DNA of 64,000 nt from Eledone cirrhosa (GCA_964016885.1 OZ024745.1:125612001-125676000); one strand, 5' to 3'; positions 25,420 through 41,034 are shown, counted from the stretch's first letter. The notes: a model not told the origin generated them from the letters alone. A program made the numbers and translations.

Positions 25420-26469
25420 GCTACGATGCCCAATACGTTCGTCCTTTCGATTTTCGTGATATGTTGCTCCCCTTTGTATTAGCTCGAGTGACCACAGACA
25501 ATTTCTCTCGTTTATTAGGTGGTCAGCGTATTTAAGGATACGCTTTCTATGTGGATGAAGACGACGATGATGATGATGACGATAGCGTTTGTAAGTGTGA
25601 TGTGAATGTAAGATTACAGATGGTTGTTGATGATGACACGCCTATCATTCCAAAACATCTGACTGCATGGAGGTGGCCATTCAAACAAAGAGAGAAAGAA
25701 AGAGGGAGAGAGAGAGTGGGGAATATCATTATATTATCTCTGTTGATGGTAAAGAATTCATAACATCCTTGGCCTCGATCCTGCCCACTTCTCTTAACCC
25801 CAGTACGACTCTCCTCAGATATTCACACATACTAAGCCAATGTATCATTTTACATTAATGACCTTGTTGTATCTACATTATCCTGTCGTCCCCGGCATTC
25901 AAACCCACATATGTCTCATGGGAATGTAAAAGAAATAGAGAGACAGAGTCTGACTATGTGGTGCTACAGGATGTTGGGGCGGGGTTGACAGTAATTAAAA
26001 AGAAAGCTGGACTAAAATTGTTCTCATCTTTAAATCTGCCTGTCCTTCCTCAGCGTGAAACCTCTGTCAACGCATTTGGTCCCCTACCACTACACAAAAT
26101 AACTATAAAGCTCAATATTACCCCCTACCATCCTAGCATATCCAAACCGTCGTCAGCTGTGGCTGTAAGTTTCTGATAATAATTTTTTTAAAAAAACTTT
26201 AAATTTTGTATATTTTTTACTTCAACTTTACATATATGTGTGTAAGTGGTGAGGGGTGGAGAAGGAAAGAGAGAGAGAGGGGGAGAGAAAATAAGAGAGA
26301 GATCGTGTGTGTGTGTGTGCTTGCGTGTGTGCCTGTATGTGTGTGTGTGCCTTTATGTGTGTCTGTACGTGGGTAAATTTTAGAAACTTTAGTAAAATCT
26401 TGTAAATATATAAAATGCTGTATTTATGGATGGATAAATTAGTTGTTACAAAATTCTGGATATTTTAAT

Positions 26470-27480
26470 AATTGTTTCTACTTTAGGCACAAGGCCAGGA
26501 ATTACCCAGTACATTACTGGTACTTTATTTTATCGACCCCGTAAGGATGAAAGGCAAAGTTAACCTCGGCGGGATTTGAACTCAGACTGTAAAGGGACGT
26601 AACTATGCTAGAAAGCATGGCGTCCAACCCTCTACAGATACTGCCAATTCAGTGTGTGCAATTGTATGTCGAAATGTACCAAATATACTGCATTCATAAA
26701 TATGGATTAAAATACCTATTAACAAAGCTTCAGACATTAGGCCTAAAATTTCATATGCATGCCACGTTGGTCAGTGAACAAGAGGAAATGTGTAAACACG
26801 CATACACTAATAATAGTTTCTACTTTGGGCACAAGGCCAACAATTATCCCAGTGTATTACTGGTACTTTATTTTAACGGTCCGTATGGATGAAAGGCAAA
26901 GTTAACCTCGGCGTTATTTGAACTCAAGATGTAAATGGCCATGACTCGATGCTTCTGATACTGCCAATCCACCGCATCCACTAATGATAATAATTCATGT
27001 TAGCGTGAATCTTATAAATGAGGAATCTAGGAATCGGTGGATTGGCAGTATCGGTAGAGGGTCGGACGCCATGCTTTGACGTATAGAGTTATGGCCCTTG
27101 CCATTCTGAGTTCAAATGCCGCCGGGGTTAACTTTGCCTTTCATCCTTATGGGGTCGATAAAATAAAGTACCAGTAATGTACTGGGTAACTTGCTGGCCT
27201 TGTGCCAAAAGTAGAAACAATTATAATTATATTGAAACCTTTGAGACAATTTATTTATTGGAAGAGGCTATTTTGCCGGTAAGATTGTCAGACGTCATGC
27301 TTTGCAGCATAGTGTTGTGGCCCTTTCCGGTCTGAGTTCAAACCCAGCCGAGATTAGCTTTGCCTTTCACTCTTACGGGGTCGATAAAATAAAGTACTAG
27401 TAATGCACTGGGGTTGATTTACTCGACTTTCCCCTCCTCCAAAATTGCTGGCCTTATTCCTAAATCAGAAACAATTATTA
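26470..27480. mobile_element. Cluster of four tRNA-derived SINEs (family A: two minus, two plus)
   Basis: A-box/B-box head (tggcagtatcggtagag...gagttcaaatccc), then gcctttcatccttacggggtcgataaaataaagtaccag, ending agaaacaattatt. About 20 or more copies in the window, for example 11820, 13887, 39670, 48546, 48716, 55425-56800, 59958 and 61430. Confidence 0.85.
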
Positions 27481-30400
27481 TAAGGCAGGTCATGTTAAAA
27501 ATAACATCCCACAGATTTAACACAGTAGTTTATTTATCTTCTGCACCAGTTATTAAAACAATTTAAACTCTAACTCAACACTAACACTATTTATATTTAC
27601 CAGTAAAATAAGCTTAAAAAGTATGTTTGTCTAGTTTACCGAGACAACCCTCTAAGCCAAGGATCTGCAAACGGATTTAACCATCTACCCTTCACGGATA
27701 TTCATCAATACCAATCATGTCCAAAAATGAATAAGTAAATAAATAAATCAGTAGGTAAACAGAATACAGTATAAATGTATGGTGTGGTCCCGCAACTCCT
27801 GATAGAGTCGTAGCGCATCGTATTGACATACGGCGTTTCTTTGGTATCTTAAGCGTGGTACATTACAGACCTGAGTACAGCAGATTTCTTCCAGAGAAAG
27901 ATAGAAAGTGAGAGAAAGGAAATAAGAAAGAGAGATAGAGGATGAATACTAAACTAGACTTTTTTTATCGACCACAAAAGGAAGAAAGGTAAAGTTGACT
28001 TCGGCGGGATTTGAAGTCAGAGAGCAGATTACATGAACGAATACCATAAAGCAATCTATCCGAAGTTCTAACGACTCTGCCAAATCAGAAACCGGTATAA
28101 ACAAATTGTATTTTATTGAATTATTTTATGTTTTCCTTGCTTATACGCACGTTCAATCGATTCACCATGTAATGCTATCGACCATATTAGAAAGCCATGG
28201 GACATTATGATGCATGAATGGAGGCCGGTGTATTGGCGGAATCATTTGTGCACCGAGCAAAATGCTTTGCAGCATTTAATTACAGTTATTTACATTTTGA
28301 TTTCAAATGCCACCCAGTACCAATCACGTACTAGGGTCGAGGAAACCGAATTTCCCCTCTCCATAAATTGCCGACCATGTGCCTAAATTAGATACCATTT
28401 TGATGCATTAATAGGTTAATCGACTATTCCCTATCCTGAAACACGTGTAGCTTTGTATGCTTGTTAGAAATCGTATTTTAAATAACTTAAAAAAACATAA
28501 CAAACGTAGACCTCAATATGTGAAGAATGCCTGATTGTGTTTGTGTCGTTCGATTTTAAGATTTGTAAAACTTCAGTGTATTACATCACATCGTTTCTAT
28601 GTTTGTCACTTCGTATTTTAAATATTCATTGTCCAAACATTGGAACAATGAATAAGGATGTACACCGACCGCTGGCGAGATTTAACTTCATAGGGAAATG
28701 TAGAAAGAGAGGGTAGAAAGAATGAGAAAGGTGAGGAAAGAAGACTTGTATGTTTTAAGAATCAAATACCAGAATCGTTATTTGCTAAACATATGTTAGT
28801 CCTGCTCCCCACCCACCATCATCCAACAACAAACACACACAAAAAAAACAAAATAACTGGCAGATGTGTACCCTGCCTAGTGCCATCCTTGCTTGTCTGC
28901 TACATTCTGATGTAATTGTATAAACAGTGAGACATGAACTCAGGTCACAGACGAAAAAACATGGTGACTGCTTTGGCAGTACAAAACCGCACAAACGCAC
29001 ACACATGTCTGTATACACACGCATGCCTGTATATATACATGCTTGTATTCATATACATACACATCTAAATACACAATAATTCATAGAAAGATATGTATAG
29101 ATGAAACATGTATATGTGAATGATGTATGTTGATATTAATGTTTGCAAATAATATATATAAGCCTACCGCAAAATATGCATACAAATGTACATGAAATTT
29201 TATAATATAAGATACGTTCCTGATATGACCATCCGTATTGTTTTAGCTAAGATCATACTATCTAATGCTCCCTTTTCTTTTAAGATAGAAGAAATATAGT
29301 TGCTATTTCCAGCATGTTGAATGATCAGGTACAGGCCTTTTCGTTAACTCCTCAAGTAAAGAGTTATGCAACTATGGGTCTTTAAAAAAAGTAATTGTAA
29401 TATAATGTCAACTGACGAACATTTTAGAAGTTGATATTTTATATTATTCCAGTAGTTCTCATTTAGTCTCAGGTCTGCTCTATTCGAGTAACGCTATGAT
29501 CAAAAGCGTTCCATCCATGACCATTTAATATTTTTGCAGATTGATAGCATCGGCAGAGCGTCGGACAACACGCTTTAAGGCATTGGATTACGCCCCTTTA
29601 TGATCTGAATAGAAATTCTGGCGAGGTTAGCTTCGCCTTTCATCCTTAAAGATTGATAAAATAAAGGACTAGTAATGCAGTGGGGATCGATTTACACGCA
29701 CACACACAATTATTGGTCTTGTGTCTAAATCAGAAACCAATATTTTTTTGTATATTCAGAACAAATCCAATATTTCTTTTTAATGATATTAGCATCTGAT
29801 TTGAGGGAGATTTGCTGCTATAGCCACCTGGTCAAGCGACTACATAGAAACTAGCTAATAGACTTATATGCTTCCCATTCTTACACATTATTTTGAAGGT
29901 TCGTAGCTAACGTTTACGGCTCCTTTCGAAATATAGATGATTGCATACTCTTTCTCTTCTGCAATATGATAGAAAACGATGTAGAATTTGGATCCCTTCA
30001 CAGTGATGCTATTTCTAGCATGTCGACTGAATACTGATTTAGTGACAACGAGTAAATTATTTCATTTCTTTTCATATACGCAAAACAAACACAAGCCAAT
30101 ACAAGAACTTTTGCGTGGTTGGGCGACCTGCTAGAAATAGTAGCAAAATACTCCTCTAATTTCATATTGATTTCTTAAAATATATATTTGACAGTTTAAT
30201 TTGGAAACGACAAATGATGGCACCATCATGGCTGGAATGGTTTGATTATATTCCTTTTCTTTCAGAGACATGTTTAGGTTGAACACCACCACCACCAACA
30301 ACAACAACAACACCACCAGAACAACAACACCACCACCACCATGGTAAAATAGAGACGGGGTGATCTGAAGTGAAATATCCATTTATCAAAATTCTCTGCC

Positions 30401-30685
30401 CAGACTGAATTATCATCACCAACATCATCATTATCACGGTCAAAATCACCATAATGATCTTCAGAAAATTTATTATCATCGCATATATAATCATCATCAT
30501 CATCCACTCCCTTACACATGCACACGCGCATACTAAAAGAAGGCACACAGAGAGACAGAGGGGGAGAGGGAAAGAGAAAGAGAGAGAGAGCGAGAGAGAG
30601 AGAGTGAGCGAGAGAGAGAGGGAGAGAAACAGTGGTGTGAAAAAAAAAATCAATACAGCAGGATTTATGAATGAAATATACTAAC

Positions 30686-30927
30686 CATGTTCATGACGGT
30701 CAACACGTATGTTTCCACATCCTCATTTTTGTAATAGTCCATCATAACTGGATCAACAACAACAAGTGTCTCTACGTGCTTTTCTGACGAGATTGATCTT
30801 CTCATCCGCCTGCCAGAATTGACCCTCTTGTACGGAATATTTCGAGAGGTTTCTGAGTCATAGTTATCATTATGATACTTGTCAGCTTCCTCATCATGGT
30901 TCTCTTCCTCCTCAAAGTACCCATCCT
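30686..30927 (-). CDS. ADAMTS7/12-like: ADAMTS exon with acidic linker, furin site and start of catalytic domain (...[43 protein letters not shown])
   Basis: Acceptor tttttatAG, donor GTTAGT. 242 nt, phase 1 to 0. Matches the ADAMTS RRS..E..VETLVV.D..M pattern. Not in the ORF track; translated by hand. Confidence 0.95.
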
Positions 30928-31342
30928 CTATAAAAAGAAAATGTCAAAGTAATATGTAGAATCAATATCTATATGTATGTAAGAAGGAAGCTCCGTAGTA
31001 ACATAGGCGTCTTTTGGACTCTTTAAACCTGGCAGGGCCCATTCTCTCTACAGTTAATTTCTTCCAGAGAGAGAGAGAGGGGCGGGGAGAAAGAGATATA
31101 GTAGACAAATTGACACTAGTACCAGATTGGTGTATTTTTATCGAGCTCAAGGATATTTGCTCTGCATGTATATGTATAAACACTCTTCCATGCTAATATC
31201 TATTCTTCAAACTTTAATATATTATATAAACGCATTGAGCTATACCTTTCTCTTAAATCCTGGCATTTACATTCTATAAGTTTAATTCTCTACTCACATT
31301 TGAGAATTACTAATATAGTTCTAGCTTTGATAAATATATATA

Positions 31343-32056
31343 CTTGGCGTGGCAATAAAGACTTTAGAATAGTAGGCTGTATGCCGTATATAGCAGTAAA
31401 TGTAGTTAATATTAGTTGGAATTTGAACTTAGTTGTACATGTGTGATATTGTATATGAATGCTGTATTTTGTCACAATTATTTTGTTGTTAGTCTTAATA
31501 CATCTAATGGATTTAAGTCAAGAAAATGTTAGAGCATATGTTTTCATTGAATGGAAACAATGCAAATTAGCAACAAATATTATTTATTGCACAATTGAAG
31601 GAGAGTGGAATTAACAACGTTCCAGCAAATTCAACCATTTATCATTAGTCGAAACAATTCAAAGATGGCAGTAGATCATCACTTATTGTTACTCCTCGTT
31701 CTGGTTGTTCTTGCACAACCACTATTCATGCCAACGTTCAAATCCTTCGAAGTATCATTGATACAGAACCACAACAATCATTGTGTTACATTGTACATGT
31801 TACTGCAATAAACTAAGAAACGGAATAAACAAAGAAAATTTGTTTTCACTTCACTAGAAGAGGTGATGGATGAATCGTTGCACTGATTTCGACAATTGCC
31901 GAACGAACGGTTCCAGAAAGAGTTAAATGTTTTACTGTAAAGATGCTATTGTGTTCAATGGACATTATGTTTTTCAGAATAAATAAATTTTAGTTTCAAT
32001 TTTTTGTGCACATTTTTATTTAAAGGGTTATTCTAAGGACTTTATTGCCACGCCAA

Positions 32057-32057
<1 letters not shown>
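31343..32057. mobile_element. Tc1/mariner-type non-autonomous element
   Basis: ~29-bp TIRs CTTGGCGTGGCAATAAAG...TTAGAATA with TA on both sides. Confidence 0.75.
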
Positions 32058-32110
<53 letters not shown>

Positions 32111-32114
<4 letters not shown>

Positions 32115-32300
32115 ATAATGATAAATTTGAAAACTAAAATCCAAAGAGGGCTCGATAAGGATAAATATATATCAAATATATAAGAACCCTAGAGCAAATA
32201 TTTATTAAAATAACAGATTAAAGTTTAAGCAAAGTCTCCGTTAAGGATGAAAGCAGCGATTCTTTGCTTAAACTTTAATGTGTTATTTTAATAAATATAT
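32111..32300. mobile_element. Fold-back element family in TA tracts (also 33794-33952 and 50031-50080)
   Basis: All three copies share ttatcgagccctctttggattttagt; two have an internal inverted arm. Confidence 0.75.
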
Positions 32301-33644
32301 ACATACATATTATATACGGCAGATTTTGGCAGTTTCCGTCTACCACATTCCACTCACAAGAATCTGGTCATACTAAGGCTTGGTACTGAACCTAACACCA
32401 CATAGTTGCATAGCAGACTTTTGAACTGTGAGTTAAATAGTTTGAAAAATGTTTGTTTAAAGTTTAAGATTTGCTATCACCGTGCATGCATTTGATCTGA
32501 TAACGCTAATCCTGAGTAAAATCTATGAGATAGAGAGTCCCCACTCATATGCATAGCCACACACATATACACATTTATATTTATCTTACATTTATATTTT
32601 TTTCTTATACTTGTACTATTTTAAATGGCAACCTGCAATTCAGCTGGAATAATCAATTTATTTGATTACATTGCATGGCACTAATTGCAGTATCAGCTTC
32701 ATAGGCTTATAGATGTCATGTGTACCGCCATGTGGTACCTAGTTACAGCCAAATAGACTGGAAGGAAATAGAAAGGGTCCTAACTCTCTGGTAAAGTTTT
32801 AGGGGCGCTGTCGACACACAGCGTGTCTTGTGTGTTTTCAACATAGCGTAGCTCATCTCGTTTGAACAGACTTGATTTCAGAGAGAGAGAGAGAGAGAGG
32901 GCGGGTAAAGATACTTAGAGAGAGAAAGAAAGACACGGGCTTTTTTTTTTTTGCATTTTAAACATGCTGGAGCTTATCCGTCTCCAGGTGTGAAAACAGC
33001 CGATTTCTTCGAGAAAGAGAGAGAAAGTAGGGGGTTGACCCCAGGATTGGACATACACTTTATTCATCGAGCTCAAAAGGATGAAAGGAAATTGTGTCTT
33101 TGGTTCTATTTGAACTCAGAAAAGAGTGAGCCGGAACAATCTGACGTCATAACGTGGTCGTCAGCTAAATTGAATCATTGAAAATAAGTGTTTCTACTTT
33201 TGGCACAAGGTCAGGAATTACCCAGTACATTACTGGTACTTTATTTTATCGACCCCGTTTGTCGGCTTGCTAGAGAAACAAAACAAACCAAAACAAAATT
33301 GTTGACGAGTCATAAACTTCAGACCTTTAAATTAGAATGCATTTTAACTTCATTCATCAGCAGTTTGCTGTGACATTATTTATTCATTTATTCTAAACAA
33401 TAATGTGCTGGCATTTGGAGTTACATTCTCCTTTAATCTACTTTTTATGAGGTTGTTCTGTCACCTCTGGGCATGATGTTAAATTGATCCCTTTAATTAA
33501 ATATTTAAAGGGTACCTTTAAAACTAAACAATTTTAAGCGAATTAGCGAACATTTAAATAGTAAATGGTAGTATATAATTGTTTCTACTATTAGCGCAAG
33601 GCCAACAGTTATCTCAGTGTATTACTGGTACTTTATTTTATACA

Positions 33645-34413
<769 letters not shown>

Positions 34414-34776
34414 AGGGCGATATATATCTAGGGCGGGTAAAATTCCCGAGATCCTGTCCCTCGTTATCGCTGTCATGTCCTGCGTCTCCAATAGACCAGT
34501 GTCTCTCCTTAGGGCATCAACATAATAAGATAAAACAAAGACGAGTGGTTACTCCTTCATTACGTTTATTTGTTTGTGACGCGCGTTTCGCAACCGATCA
34601 GCTCAAGATTCGATTTGTATCGATCTAGCCCGACTCTGTAATGAACGGCTCGTCGGACCCTTTTTGGTGGTTATGATAGAATGAACATAGATGGCGTACG
34701 AGAAGGCCTAATGTTCATATGCTGGTTACTGAAAGTTGTTTTGATTGGGGGGTTAATTCTAAGTAGTGTAGGTGGT

Positions 34777-34832
<56 letters not shown>

Positions 34833-35018
34833 ATGTGTGTGTGTATGTGGGTGTGTGTGTGTGTGCGTGTCCCTCGGTGTCTGAGTTTATGCTTATGCCC
34901 TGTGAATTAGCGGTTTGACCATAAGGGTACCATAAAGTAAATACCAGGCTTGAATAAATAAATGATATGGTGGCCTAAATCAACAGTGCCCCAGTATGGC
35001 AGTAGCATATATATATAA

Positions 35019-35052
<34 letters not shown>

Positions 35053-35352
35053 CAGTTTGTCTATGTCTGTAATGTGTGTGTATTAACGTTTAATTAATGT
35101 ATGTGTATATACGGTAACCCATTTTCACAAGTATGTTCTCCGAAATTTGTGAAATATCATGACATTTATGCTAAAACAAAAGGCCGGGATTTATTGTTAA
35201 GCTAATAATAGAAGAAAGAATCTCTGCAGACTGAAATATTTCTGTTGTTGTTACTGAAGGAAGAAAGAAAGAGTTTCCTTACCAGTTATTTTGATCGCAA
35301 TCACCCTAGAACCTATATTAATAGTATGTTATATTACTAACCCACACACACG

Positions 35353-35384
<32 letters not shown>

Positions 35385-35420
35385 TTTTTGCTACAATGTT
35401 TTCTATACCTTTCATTTATT

Positions 35421-35457
<37 letters not shown>

Positions 35458-35533
35458 TGGCAAAGAACAAAACAAGGAATGCAGTACGAACAGTGTTGAT
35501 ATTAGATTCACGCTTCAGAGTGGGCGTGGGGGA

Positions 35534-35562
35534 TGACGTTTCGGGCATAAGCCCTTCATCAG
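35534..35562 (-). ncRNA. Hammerhead core CTGATGAAGGGCTTATGCCCGAAACGTC; helix I not evident
   Basis: Intact core and helix II (GGGC:GCCC). A homolog at 14304-14331 (+) shares the downstream aagcgtgaa.ctaata sequence. Confidence 0.55.
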
Positions 35563-35944
35563 GAGACAGATGGGAAGGAAAAGAGTTCCGAGAGGGTGTG
35601 AGGGGGGGGGGAGTGGTGGAAAGACATATATATTAGGTAGTAACATGTGTTTACGCCGTATTTGACTAAATAGAATTAGCCTGTTAGTTGGGATTAAAAA
35701 AAACATCCTTTGAATGAATGGTAAAAAAATAAGGATGAATATTGGCGTACATGGGACACAAACCCACACCTTTGATTTGCCGGACCAATGTGTTGCCATT
35801 ACACCAACACGCCACCCACGCTTCCTTCTTTTCAATTAGAAGCTATATAACCGTAGCAGGTATATATATATATATAAATATGGAGACACCAAAGATGGGG
35901 GCCAAGTACCATGTACGTCAATACTCATCCCTTTTTCCATTTCG

Positions 35945-37339
35945 ACCATATAAAGTAGGATGGACCTGGGGGTACACAATTGTTTGCGCAAATGTATCGA
36001 ACTGGCAAAGTTTGAAGAAACCCGTCAGAGTGGTCTCTTTCGGATCAGCGGCCAACTTGGCGGCGGTTTCGTCCGTAAAGTAAACCCTTTTCCCATTTTC
36101 CAAATGTACCGCAAGCTGTACGATGGCGGGGTGACGTTGGTGTCGGGTAAACCAAATAGGCGCCAAAATGCTTCATTGCTACTGATTTACCGCCCCGCCA
36201 GGTATTCTGTGACCTCGTCCCTGCTATTTTCAGCTTGAAATGCGAACATTGCGGCATCAGAGCCCTTATTTACATATTTGCAAATGTATTTTATCGACTT
36301 GACGGAGTTGCAAAACTCAACGTTGATGTGGGCGTTGAACATCTTCAAGAGAAGCGGGCAGTAAGGGACCACTCATCTATTGTCGACTTGACTTCCCTTT
36401 ACTGCTGTGGTGAAGCAACCATTCTCGGGCCGTCTCCGCCTGTACAGGGGGTACCCGTCGCCACCAGTCTGAGTCTGGTCAACAAATCTTTTTGGGTATC
36501 CCTTACTGCACGACCCCCCTTTCAGACACGTGTGATGCTCATTAGGACCCGACGCACACGGACCATGTTAACTTTGACGATGTCATGTAATTCCTGGTCA
36601 GTTACTGGGTTAATGAAGCTGTCTATGGCGTTTGAATTGATTTTATCAGCTAACCAAATCAAAATGTGAGCATGTCGTAGCGCTCGTTTTTGCCATTCGA
36701 CGGTGAACATGTCACATTTTACAGCCCCAAATACCTGACCTTTTTGATTAAAGCCATGAGTTTAGCCAGTTTCAGTCTGAACACTCTGGCAATGAGGTCA
36801 TGTCTGTTCGAATAATTTTGCCCAGGAAAAGTTCACGGGTTACATTCCGATTCATATGTTTATAGCATTAATCTGTTATATGAAGTGTTATTTTGCGGGT
36901 TGTTATTTGCAATAAGCCGATTGGAAATGCCCAGATAAGCCGTATGTCAATACGGAACGCTCAATACGGAACGCCCCAGTGCAGTGTTGTCATATAGGGA
37001 GTGAAGAGCGACAGAGAGAGTAAAGCAGTTAAATTATAGAGAGGGGGAATATACGGAACGCTCCATTTGATCATACACACTGTTTCTGTCTCTGCAGTGT
37101 TGTCATATAGGGAGTGAAGAGCGACAGAGAGAGTAAAGCAGTTAAATTATAGAGAGGGGGAATGATCACGATTCATTTTTGCCCTTATTTTTGATTGATT
37201 TGAAATTTGTTTGCTTCCCGACCTTCTCCTGACCAAAGGCAATAATTGTCCTGACTTTGAATAGAATCCGTTGAAAAATGTGGACGTGAATCCGTTACAA
37301 ACCTTGACACACACATCCTCAGCTTTATATATATATAGA
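35945..37339 (-). mobile_element. Helitron remnant: frameshifted Rep domain and 5' terminus
   Basis: Fragments VEWQKRALRHAHILIWL (HUH motif), HINVEFCNSVKSIKYICKYVNKG (Y2 motif) and LAVHLENGKRVYF. 5' end a/TCTATATATATATAAAG at 37339. A ~70-bp direct repeat lies at 36980 and 37093. Confidence 0.9.
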
Positions 37340-38918
37340 TACATTTATATATACATATATGCATATATATATGTATATATATATATATATATATAGATAT
37401 ATATATATGAAAATTGGGAGAAAAAGACGATTATTAGGAAGAAAAATATATGTGTGTGCGTGTGTATACAATGGGGATATTCATTGGAGTAAACAAAACG
37501 GCCTTGTGGCATTTGAACCCTATTGGTTGCCTTCCTTTACGCCAGGTTGACTTTTGTCCTATATTGTTGCTAATAAAACTAGCAGCAGTTAAAATAAATA
37601 TAGCTCGATAAAATTGACTAAAACCTTTCATGGCCTATCTTAGCATGACGACAGTCCAATAGCTGAAACTAATAATTGGATATGTGTATATTAGTTTGTG
37701 TGTGTTTGTGTGTGTTTGTGGTGGTTTTTATACATGTGCGTTTGTATGTGTGTATATATATATATATAATATAAACAGAAAGTTTTCAATGGTTGATATC
37801 CTTGTATAGCTGTTAAACAAGAGACATAATTAGTACAAAACATTCTAACTGAATATAAGAACAACTAGCTCTAAAGCGAAACATTAAATAGTTTATGAGC
37901 AGATGAAATGAATGGGCGCATTAAGTGGAATCTTCCAGCCATTTAGTTCTCTTTATAAGGAAACAGATATTCAAACTGACCTTTATAAAGCAAACAGACA
38001 AACGGAAGATATATATACCACTTGCCTATTTTAATATGATAAGCCTTCTATCTTCGATCTTGTACCTTTAGAATATGTCTGGTTCGTTTGAAAATGATGT
38101 AGAAAAATGTTACAAAAATAATAATTGCAGGCATAGTTTCTGGAGGTGAGCCAGCAAAAATATCACAGTGCCATTGTTCTTATTTTTATTTCTGGAATTC
38201 CATTGAAGATTGGCTGCTACAGACAAGAACCCATATAGTTTCTTAACAGTTAAACCATATAATGGCTTGTTTTCTATTGTTGTTTTTGTGTCGATGTTAT
38301 TGTTATTGCTGCTACTGTTGATGTTGTTTTTACTGTGTCAAATTGGTAATTGAAAAGTATTATATTCTGACTACCATCGTACTTCTATTTGATATTTTAT
38401 GTTATATAATTGTATTGTTGAAGCTTTAATGTTATCACAACTAACTAAATTTTGCTTATTACAATCTATCAAGAATTACACTATACGATAAGCAATAGCA
38501 GGGAAACTTGCAATAGATTTATATGACTTTTTCTCAGAGAAAGGACTGACCTTGAAACCTGTGGAAAAAATGTATTATATTTTGGCACTTTTACATTAAT
38601 TCGTCTTATCTTAAAGTGGTCCAGTTGTTTCAATCAACGAAACTGCATGCGTAGTTGAGCAGTCTATAGACACGTGCACCCTTGACATAGTTCTTTGTTG
38701 GTTCAGCGTGGCACAGGGTCTGACAAGGCTGGTACAACTCATTTTTGACAGCTGTAGAGACTGAAGCAACGTGGAATAAAGTGTCTTGCTCAAGGACGCA
38801 ACATACCAACTGGTCGGAGAATCAAGTTCACGACCTAACGATTGTGAGTTGAATACTCTAACCAGTAATATATAAGCCTTCACTGCATGAATATATATTA
38901 TGCTCATACATACCTGCG

Positions 38919-39008
<90 letters not shown>

Positions 39009-39917
39009 TGCGCGTGTGCACGTGCGGGTTGATTTTTGGTTTATAGTTAGGATTTCAGTGAACTAACGAATGTTACATACCAGCTTTGCTAGCAGGAAAC
39101 CCAGGGATTGGTATGACGTAGTGTATCAAGCATTAAGTTATCTAAAATATATTTCCATTTTTAAAACGATATCGTGCAATGTGGAGGATATCTGATAACG
39201 ACTTCTAGTTGCGATTTCTAGCAAATCAGGTGATCAGGTTTGGCCCCATCGTTCTTACGGAGAAGGAATTTGATATGACTTCTTATCAGAACGTCAGAAA
39301 TTTTCAAGGAAGCATTGAGATTTATTGGCTTGAATATTCTATTTTAACGTGACCATCCCTGACTGATAAAAGGAATTTAAACTCAGCAGGCCTGCCAACC
39401 TCTAAAAAAAACCCAAACGGGAGAGAATCATGGGAAAAAATGCTTCTATATGGGAAGGAATGAGGCAAAACGGCGAGATTTTATATATTGAAAGCTATAC
39501 CTTTTTTCATAAGAGAAGAGATCTCTCACTCACCCCAAAGTGGGTGGGTGATCTCCCTGTCGGACGGGGAGAGTTGACAGACCGGACGGAAATATTTGAC
39601 AGGAGGTCGGACTCTGAATAGACAGACTCCAGCACCAAACACTTGTAAATCATTCAGCCCAATTAAAGCAGATGGCAAAGTGGCAGAATGGTTAGAACGT
39701 TCAATAAAATATGTTGTGGTATTTGTCTCGGCTCTCTACATTCTGAGTTCAAATCCCACCGAGGTCGACCTTGCCTTTCATCCTTTCGAGGTTGATAAAT
39801 AAAATACCAGTTTAATAAATTAAAGAGCCACTCTGTTGGTAAGATGCATATAAGACGATAACAAAACAAAGCATTAACAGACAGTTTTACGGACGTCTTT
39901 CGACCAAAACAAATATA

Positions 39918-40031
39918 CAGGGTGTCCCAATAATGTATGTACACTTCAACCACATTCTAATAAACATTGCCTTTACAGGTAATCAAAGTGTCTATACATT
40001 TTTTTGGGGGGTGGGGGTGGGGGACACCTTG
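39918..40031. mobile_element. Tc1/mariner MITE
   Basis: TA/CAGGGTGTCCC ... GGGACACCTTG/TA. Confidence 0.65.
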
Positions 40032-40182
40032 TATATATACATAAAAATATAAAAGTTACAACTAGAATTAAATAGACAACCGACTTAATACGTAAAATGT
40101 GAGTAACATGCCAACGCCGGATGAGAAGAGAGACAGAAAGAAAAACATAAGATTGTGGAAAAAGAAAACTATTATTTACTAC

Positions 40183-40372
40183 CTCCAACAGAACAAGGGA
40201 AAGACTCGTATCCTGGTTCTTTCTCAGTTGGAGCACCATTAGAAATATCCTTATGTTGAGGTAGCACAGAACGTTTATATACAATGTGTGGATGTTTCCC
40301 GTTGGCATCAACTGAGTGTCCTTTTATTGGTTCTATGAAATAATCACCGTCTTGGGATTTCAAGTGGCCAGT
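40183..40372 (-). CDS. ADAMTS7/12-like: ADAMTS7/12-like metalloprotease, prodomain exon (TGHLKSQDGDYFIEPIKGHSVDANGKHPHIVYKRS...PCSVG)
   Basis: Acceptor catttcAG, donor GTAGTA (alternative in-frame donor 3 nt further on). The DYFIEP and HPHIVY motifs are typical of ADAMTS prodomains. 190 nt, phase 0 to 1. Confidence 0.9.
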
Positions 40373-40492
40373 CTGAAATGATTCGATATAAAATAAAATA
40401 TAATTATCAATTTCAACATTGATTTGTTTAATAATATATAAATATATATACTAAATTTACAACAAGAATAACATTTCAGTTTAAAATACACG

Positions 40493-40494
<2 letters not shown>

Positions 40495-40576
<82 letters not shown>

Positions 40577-40987
40577 TATATATAATAAATATATATATAA
40601 ATATATATATAATAAATATATATATATTTATATATAAATATATATATAAATATATATATAATAAATATATATATAAATATATATATAATAAATATATATA
40701 TAAATATATATATAATAAATATATATATATTTATATATATAAATATATATATAATAAATATATATATAAATATATATATAATAAATATATATATATTTAT
40801 ATATATAAATATATATATAATAAATATATATATAATATATATATAATAAATATATATATATATATATACAATATTAAATAAATGGAAAACTATATTTATA
40901 AAACCATATTTATTTCATTATATATATTTCGGGGATATCATATTAACAATATGCTATGCCTTCATCAGACAAAATACAATATAAACA

Positions 40988-41034
<47 letters not shown>

